DNA of 58,109 nucleotides from Candidatus Omnitrophota bacterium. Its GTDB lineage: Bacteria; Omnitrophota; Gorgyraeia; JAHJTE01. How positions within the stretch are numbered: the stretch's first letter is position 1; each line of letters starts with the position of its first letter. Where the stretch lies: contig JAGVEL010000008.1 in assembly GCA_020058285.1 (NCBI GenBank), positions 1 through 58,109 of the forward strand, read 5' to 3'. Below are positions 52,346-58,109 of the stretch, in pieces. The position numbers and the translations under genes were made by a program. Under the pieces are notes generated by a model. It was given only the letters and a program-made list of their open reading frames with translations. It was not told the DNA's origin and searched no databases.

Positions 52346-55117
52346 TTACTTTAAAGCTTGACTGCACCTTGAACAGATTAAAGGATTTTCTTTATCCTGG
52401 CCTACGCTTTCATCATAATTCCAACAACGCACGCATTTATCTCCAGCCGCTTTTTCAACAAGAATATTAAATTTTCCACTTTTTTTAAAAGTTACCCAGG
52501 ATGTTATAAATATCAAATTTAAGTAATCTCTGTATTTATCTAAAAGCTTAAAATCACTACTACTTTCCAAATCCAAAGTTACTTTTGCCTCCAAAGAACT
52601 GCCAATCAACGCTTGAGAGCGCTTTTCCTCTAAGGCTTTTAATACTGAATCGCGAATCTCCAAAATCCGCATGAAATCTTTATCCAGAAATGTATCTGTC
52701 CACTTCTTGTCAATTTGCGGCCAATCAGACAGAAAAACCGATTCGCTATTTTTCTCCGGAATAAGCTGCCAGACCTCCTCAGCTGTAAAGCTCAAAATCG
52801 GCGAGATAAGTTTAGTGAGATTAACTAAAATCTGATAAAGAACAAATTGGCTAGCCCGACGCTTCGTTGAATTAGACCTAGAAGTATAGAGTAAATCTTT
52901 AAGCACGTCAAGATAAAAAGAACTTAAAAGAACTGTGCAGAAATTATATATTTCCTGATGGGCTTTATAGAAATTAAATTCATTGAAATGTTGCGTTGTT
53001 TCTTCTATTAACTCTGTTAGCTTAAACATCACCCAGCGATCTATTGGGCTTAACTCATCTAAATCTAGATTGATTTCACTCGGGCAAAAATCAAAAAGAT
53101 TACCCAAAATAAATCTTAAGGTATTTCTTATCTTCCTGTAACTTTCTGAAAGCCGCGAGATTATCTCGGGGGAAATGCGCACATCAAAATTATAATCGCT
53201 GGACGCAACCCAAAGCCGCAATATATCTGCGCCATATTCCTTGATTATCTCTTGGGGCGAGATTACATTGCCTTGCGATTTTGACATTTTCCTACCTTGA
53301 CCGTCAACAACAAAGCCGTGAGTTAAGACTGTTTCAAACGGCGCTTTGTCATCAATTGCCATACTCACAATCAAAGAAGATTGGAACCAACCACGATGCT
53401 GATCAGAACCTTCTAAATATAATTGACTTGGGAATTCAAGGCTTTCTCTAGTTTTTAATACTGCCTGGCTGCTTACTCCTGATTCAAACCAGACATCAAC
53501 AATATCCGCGCCTTTCTTAAACAAGTCGTTCTGGCAATGCGGACATTTGAATGCCTTTGGCAAGAATTCTTTCAAATCATTGATAAACCAAGCATCTGTT
53601 CCGAGTTCTAAAATCACCTTAGCAAAATTATCCATTACTTCTGGTACTAAAAATTCTTTATTGCAATTTTGGCAGACAATTGCTGGAATTGGCACGCCCC
53701 AGTAACGCTGCCGGCTTAAACACCAATCCGGCCGCAGCGCAATCATTGCTGAAATCCTCTCTTGTCCCTCAGCCGGAACCCAGGTAATCTTTTTATTTAC
53801 ACAATCTAATAATTTCTTTCTTAGATTTAATTTATCCACATCCATAAACCATTGCTCAGTTGCCCGGAAAATTATCGGTTCTTTACATCTCCAGCAATGC
53901 GCATAGCTGTGCGAGATCTGACCGGAATACAATAAATTACCATTACCCTTTAACTTATCAATAATATTTTGATTCGCCTTAAGCACATGCTGACCCTTAA
54001 AATCTATGGCTATATCTTGAAAGAATTTGCCTTTACTATCTACAGGCATAACTGTTTCTAATTTGTACTTCTGGCCAGTAATGTAGTCCTCTTGTCCATG
54101 GCCAGGAGCAGTATGCACACAACCTGTACCTTCTTCTTTTGAAACATAATCTGCCAAAACAAATTTCAAATTAGTATTAGCCGGCCGGTCAAATATATCC
54201 TTATAATTCACGCCTTCTAATTCTTTGCCTTGAATATGACTAATCACAGAATAGTCTTTAAGCTCTAATTTTGTCATCACCGAGTTAATTAAATCCTCTT
54301 GTATCAGCCAAACTTCATTGTTCGCCTCTACTAAACTGTATTTAAAATTAGGATGCACTGCGATTGCAACATTGGCGATTAATGTCCAGGGTGTGGTAGT
54401 CCAAACAACTGCAAAAATCTTTTTACTTCCAGCAATCTTCTGAAGTAAGCTTTTATCTAAATCCAGAATTTGAAATTTGACATATACTGAAGGCGAGTTA
54501 CGATCAATGTATTCTACCTCTGCCTCGGCAAGCGCAGTTTCGCATCTAAAACACCAGTTAACTGGTTTTAACCCCCGATAGATGTAGCCTTTTTTAACTA
54601 GCGTGGATAAAGACTTAACTATTATTTGTTCATAAACTTTATCCAAAGTAAGATATGGTTTATCCCAATCAGCGAATACGCCAAGCCTTACGAACTCTTC
54701 CTTTTGAATTTCCACGAACCTAAGGGCATAGCTGTAAGCTTTTTTACGAAAATCAACTTGCTCAATCTCTGTTTTTTGAATGCCTAATTCTTTAAATAAC
54801 TGATGTTCTACGGGAAGTCCGTGGCAATCCCAGCCGGGAATAAAAGGTGAATCAAAACCCTGCAAGGTCTTAAATTTTACAACTATATCTTTAAGCGTTT
54901 TATTTAATGCGTGTCCAATATGGATTTGGCCATTTGCGTAAGGTGGGCCGTCATGCAGGATATATTTTTTCTTGCCGGAATATTTTTTGCGGATCTTTGC
55001 GTAGATATCAGACTTATTCCAAAACTCTAAAATCTTAGGCTCATTCTGAGCAAGATTAGCCTTCATGCTGAATGCCGTCTTGGGTAAATTTAATGTACTA
55101 CGATAATCTTGGTTCAT
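52346..55117 (-). CDS. ileS: Isoleucine--tRNA ligase
   Basis: It has HIGH (QIHIGHA) and KMSKS, a CP1 editing domain, a C-terminal Zn-binding CxxC pair, and is 923 aa. Confidence 0.93.
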   Translation of the reverse strand: MNQDYRSTLNLPKTAFSMKANLAQNEPKILEFWNKSDIYAKIRKKYSGKKKYILHDGPPYANGQIHIGHALNKTLKDIVVKFKTLQGFDSPFIPGWDCHGLPVEHQLFKELGIQKTEIEQVDFRKKAYSYALRFVEIQKEEFVRLGVFADWDKPYLTLDKVYEQIIVKSLSTLVKKGYIYRGLKPVNWCFRCETALAEAEVEYIDRNSPSVYVKFQILDLDKSLLQKIAGSKKIFAVVWTTTPWTLIANVAIAVHPNFKYSLVEANNEVWLIQEDLINSVMTKLELKDYSVISHIQGKELEGVNYKDIFDRPANTNLKFVLADYVSKEEGTGCVHTAPGHGQEDYITGQKYKLETVMPVDSKGKFFQDIAIDFKGQHVLKANQNIIDKLKGNGNLLYSGQISHSYAHCWRCKEPIIFRATEQWFMDVDKLNLRKKLLDCVNKKITWVPAEGQERISAMIALRPDWCLSRQRYWGVPIPAIVCQNCNKEFLVPEVMDNFAKVILELGTDAWFINDLKEFLPKAFKCPHCQNDLFKKGADIVDVWFESGVSSQAVLKTRESLEFPSQLYLEGSDQHRGWFQSSLIVSMAIDDKAPFETVLTHGFVVDGQGRKMSKSQGNVISPQEIIKEYGADILRLWVASSDYNFDVRISPEIISRLSESYRKIRNTLRFILGNLFDFCPSEINLDLDELSPIDRWVMFKLTELIEETTQHFNEFNFYKAHQEIYNFCTVLLSSFYLDVLKDLLYTSRSNSTKRRASQFVLYQILVNLTKLISPILSFTAEEVWQLIPEKNSESVFLSDWPQIDKKWTDTFLDKDFMRILEIRDSVLKALEEKRSQALIGSSLEAKVTLDLESSSDFKLLDKYRDYLNLIFITSWVTFKKSGKFNILVEKAAGDKCVRCWNYDESVGQDKENPLICSRCSQALK

Positions 55118-55986
55118 TTTACGTATTTGCCTATGATAATTTCTAAATCTCTTTTTGTCTTAGCCGGAATAAGTTTGCGATCGGTAATAATCGCATTTTT
55201 TAAAGCATCCTTGCAAACACAGGTCCTCTTTGCCGGAAGTTTTTTTATAACCGCACCGAGAATTTTTTTAGCATTTTCTGTGTTTTTATGCAAATTATTT
55301 ATTACCATTTCCACGGTTATCTTTTCATACTCTGGATGCCAACAGTCATAATCAGTTACGCAGGCTAAAGTGGAATAACAAATCTCTGCCTCGCGCGCTA
55401 ATCTTGCTTCAACCATATTTGTCATGCCAATTACGTCCATACCCCAGGACCGATATAGATTTGACTCAGCTAAGGTTGAAAATGCCGGCCCCTCCATATT
55501 TATATAAGTCCCACCTTTATGCATCTTTATTCTTAGTTCTTTACTTATTCCATACCCGGTATCGTAGATTAAATCGATTAGCTCAGGACATATCGGGTGG
55601 GCGAACGAGATATGGACAACAATACCTTCGTTAAAAAAAGTCATATGCCGGGCTTGATTTGTCCGGTCGACGAATTGATCCACTACCACAAAATCTAACG
55701 GCCGGTATTCCTCTTTTAAGCTACCACAGGCGGTAACAGAAATAATCCTCTCTACACCCAAGGATTTCAGGGCATAAATATTGGCGCGGTAATTAATTTC
55801 GCTGGGCGATATACGATGGCCGACTCCGTGACGCGGCAAGAATACCACATCTTTATCCTCCATGATTCCTAAAATGAATTTATCCGAAGGCTTACCAAAT
55901 GGCGTATTCAATTCCACCTCTTTTATATTCTTGATACCTTCAAGATTATATAATCCGCTTCCGCCGATAATGCCGATACGACCCAT
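55114..55986 (-). CDS. mtnP: S-methyl-5'-thioadenosine phosphorylase
   Basis: It contains GIIGGSGLY, FLPRHG, YRANIYALK and GMTN. Confidence 0.88.
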   Translation of the reverse strand: MGRIGIIGGSGLYNLEGIKNIKEVELNTPFGKPSDKFILGIMEDKDVVFLPRHGVGHRISPSEINYRANIYALKSLGVERIISVTACGSLKEEYRPLDFVVVDQFVDRTNQARHMTFFNEGIVVHISFAHPICPELIDLIYDTGYGISKELRIKMHKGGTYINMEGPAFSTLAESNLYRSWGMDVIGMTNMVEARLAREAEICYSTLACVTDYDCWHPEYEKITVEMVINNLHKNTENAKKILGAVIKKLPAKRTCVCKDALKNAIITDRKLIPAKTKRDLEIIIGKYVK

Positions 55987-55987
55987 A

Positions 55988-56821
55988 TTATGCCCCCCTA
56001 GATAATTCTTCAGCCCTTTTCAATGCGGCCTGAACTGCCTGGCTTAAATTTCCGCGCATTTCTAAAACTTCTAATCCCGCCTGAGTCGTACCACCTTTGG
56101 ATGTAACCTGTTCTCTTGCCTCGGCTGCAGTAATTTTAGTTTTCTCAAGATAAATAATACTTCCCCTGGTTGTAACTTCAGATAAAATATTTGCTTGCTC
56201 TATACTAAACCCTAATCTTTCAGCGCTTATCTTAAGCTCAGGAATAAAATAATCCTTTGCATAACTTTTGGCTTCATCTAAGGATTTATTTTCAACTAAA
56301 TAGTAAAAATAGCCTGGCCCGCTACCGGATATGGCTGTTGCCGCATTCATTAACCCTTCCCTTATCTCTAAAGTCTCGCCCAGATGAGCAAAAATCTCTG
56401 CTGCCTTGGCCAAATCATAATTTTGCGCATATTTACCCTTAGCTAAACAAATCATACCTTGGCCAATTTTTGCCGGAAGGTTTGGCATAGACCTGACTAC
56501 TCTAGCCTTGCCTAAAATTTTCTCCAGATACACAGTAGTTATACCCGCAGCTATTGAAATAACCAATTTATTATTTCCTACAGGCCTAATCTCAGGTAAT
56601 ACAGATTCAAAATCTTGCGGCTTAATTGCTAAGATTAAAATATCACTACTTTCTAAAAGGCTTTTTATATCAGAGCAAAGTTTCAAACCCAACAAATCTT
56701 TAGTCTTGTTATTATCTTTATCAAAAACAAAAACCTGATAATCGGCTTTAAGCCTCCCAGCTATCGCCGAACCCATATTACCGAAACCGATTATTCCTAT
56801 CTTTTTTTTATCTGCGCTCAT
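55988..56821 (-). CDS. proC: Pyrroline-5-carboxylate reductase
   Basis: It has the Rossmann motif IGIIGFGNMGSAI and the C-terminal VTSKGGTTQAGL. I start at the internal ATG at 56821 (MSADKKKIG); the track's start at 56887 adds 22 unlikely residues. Confidence 0.85.
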   Translation of the reverse strand: MSADKKKIGIIGFGNMGSAIAGRLKADYQVFVFDKDNNKTKDLLGLKLCSDIKSLLESSDILILAIKPQDFESVLPEIRPVGNNKLVISIAAGITTVYLEKILGKARVVRSMPNLPAKIGQGMICLAKGKYAQNYDLAKAAEIFAHLGETLEIREGLMNAATAISGSGPGYFYYLVENKSLDEAKSYAKDYFIPELKISAERLGFSIEQANILSEVTTRGSIIYLEKTKITAAEAREQVTSKGGTTQAGLEVLEMRGNLSQAVQAALKRAEELSRGA

Positions 56822-56948
56822 TGCTATTTGCCTTATCTGTCCCGACTCATAAGATGCGGGAAATTTTAGAATAAAATTTCCCCGCATTCGTCGGGATAAA
56901 TTCGGCCAACAAACTTACGTTCAGCTTACGCTTCCGTAAGTTTAGGCC

Positions 56949-57638
56949 TCATTTAAATATAGCCCTGCCAATCCTAATCATATTTGACCCTTCTTCTATT
57001 GCTATTTCAAAATCATCAGTCATACCCATAGATAAAATGTGTATTGCGTTGTGTGCATTGCGCTGTACGTTAATCTCATCCCTAAGCTCTCTTAATTTCT
57101 TAAAAAATGGCCGAGTTTTTTGAGGATTATCAACAACCGGAGCAATAGTCATTAGGCCACACATATTAAGATTTTTAAAATTAGAAAGCTGTTTAATAAG
57201 TCCTATTGTCTCCTCTGGTTTTATCCCGAACTTAGAGACTTCTCCAGAGGTATTAACTTGGATGAGAATATTTTGTATTTTATTTAAATCTTGCGAGTGT
57301 TTATTTATAGCTTGCGCAAGTTTTAGGCTATCCACAGAGTGAATTAAATCAAAAATCCTTACTGCCTCTTTTACCTTATTTGTCTGAAGGTGGCCGACCA
57401 TATGCCATTTTAATCGTTGTGCGTATTGCGTAGTGCAGATTGAGTTATATTTTAAGACAGCTTCTTGGGCTCGGTTCTCTCCAATATTATTTATCCCGCA
57501 GTCAATTGCCAGCTTAATCATTTCTACGTTTGCAGCTTTAGTCACAGCAACCAGTGTAATTTCGTCGAGCCTCTGATTAAGACGCCCACAAATCAAAGAA
57601 AGTTTTTTTTGTAGTTGCGCAACGTTATCCGAAATCAT
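56949..57638 (-). CDS. yggS: YggS-family pyridoxal-phosphate homeostasis protein
   Basis: It contains LVAVTK (PLP Lys), GENRAQE, HMVGHLQTNKV and RIGRAIF. Confidence 0.88.
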   Translation of the reverse strand: MISDNVAQLQKKLSLICGRLNQRLDEITLVAVTKAANVEMIKLAIDCGINNIGENRAQEAVLKYNSICTTQYAQRLKWHMVGHLQTNKVKEAVRIFDLIHSVDSLKLAQAINKHSQDLNKIQNILIQVNTSGEVSKFGIKPEETIGLIKQLSNFKNLNMCGLMTIAPVVDNPQKTRPFFKKLRELRDEINVQRNAHNAIHILSMGMTDDFEIAIEEGSNMIRIGRAIFK

Positions 57639-57715
57639 TTTTATTCTTACCTTAATATTATACTAAGGGTTTAAATTAACATAAAATAAAAAGCGTGTCA
57701 ACGAAAAAGGGGAAC

Positions 57716-58109
57716 TCAACCCCCTTTCCTCTCTCGCTTTCGGTGCTCGCAGCTATTCGTCTCAACTTTTCCTGTATGTCCCCCCATCCCCCACAGGGGG
57801 TTTTTGCAGGGTAGAAGTACACGGAAAAGTCTCACCTCATATGCTTAGCTCCTGCGCTCCGTATGCTCGTTCGGAAACGGTCTTGAGTTTTTTCTAAAAA
57901 ATGAATCTGGCAATTTTCCCTGCCTGCCGGCAGGCAGGGAGCGAAGATCACGATTTTAGTACTTCGACGCGCCCTTCGAGCTTGCTCAGTACTTGTCCTT
58001 AACTACTCCAAAATGGGTGGCAAGGTTTGATATGAGCAGGACATAGAGGCGACGAGCGGGCACGGTGTCCGAGCACAAAGTGCGAGGACGAGCGAGGAAG
58101 CCGAACCGA
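57716..58109. ncRNA. Second, window-truncated copy of the unclassified GC-rich structured element
   Basis: 57721-57747 equals 18560-18586 (CCCCTTTCCTCTCTCGCTTTCGGTGCT). 57951-58109 matches 18841-18999 with 3 mismatches in 159 nt. The middle is divergent and carries an inserted REP hairpin, CCCTGCCTGCCGGCAGGCAGGG, at 57918-57939. Confidence 0.5.

Noticed and set aside
56911-56943. A 9-bp hairpin, AAACUUACG...CGUAAGUUU, lies between yggS and proC.
   Set aside because: No U-tract follows on the minus strand, so it is not a convincing intrinsic terminator. It may be a minor processing or stability element and is not worth a feature call.
18841-58109. The ~160-bp direct repeats at 18841-18999 and 57951-58109 could mark the boundaries of a 39-kb genomic island.
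   Set aside because: The enclosed region contains core essential genes (ileS, lspA, lgt, mreBCD, mrdA, rodA, aroA, rng), and no integrase is visible. The repeats are part of a larger multi-module element and are not att-like sites.

Overview
This is an AT-rich bacterial chromosome segment, probably from an uncultivated lineage that I cannot place from the 16S fragment alone. It is transcribed almost entirely on the minus strand. The left edge carries the 5' ~420 nt of a 16S rRNA gene.

Housekeeping blocks:
- tyrS-rpsA-plsC-PGM/PMM-rpe-nadD-proA-proB-obg-rplU-rng
- radical SAM-rodA-mrdA-mreD-mreC-mreB-aroA
- rluD-lgt-lspA-DksA-like-ileS-mtnP-proC-yggS

Two accessory regions share one theme, type IV pili wired to c-di-GMP.
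- Region 1 (0.75-8.5 kb) encodes a secreted C25 (gingipain-like) peptidase, a short pilin-like protein and a 556-aa pilin fusion. The fusion's C-terminal ~340 aa are homologous to the C-terminus of the peptidase, and it carries four DnaJ-type CxxCxGxG motifs. The pilin operon follows a c-di-GMP-I (GEMM-I) riboswitch and faces a divergent CHASE2-GGDEF cyclase.
- Region 2 (21-40.4 kb) is a type IV pilus cluster: pilQ, pilP-like, pilO, pilN, pilM, a PilX-like gene, PilW-like and PilV-like minor pilins, two TMTC-like GT-C/TPR membrane proteins, pilA, pilC, two PilB-family ATPases, a stand-alone MshEN/T2SSE_N protein and a HAMP-GAF-degenerate-GGDEF protein. It has two more GEMM-I riboswitches, one before pilA and one mid-cluster before the PilX-like gene. 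The cluster sits between two genes that are normally adjacent, the TIGR03960-type radical SAM gene and its DUF2344 partner.

Other non-coding signals:
- A GC-rich, heavily self-complementary ~0.5 kb element between rng and rplU. A near-identical second copy is cut off by the right window edge, and I could not assign it to any RNA family.
- A family of two-hairpin REP-like repeats arrayed in intergenic regions.
- A 30-nt 5'-UTR motif shared by two unrelated genes.

All calls come from reading the sequence and the ORF translations. No database search was run, and RNA and promoter coordinates are approximate (about +/-5 nt).
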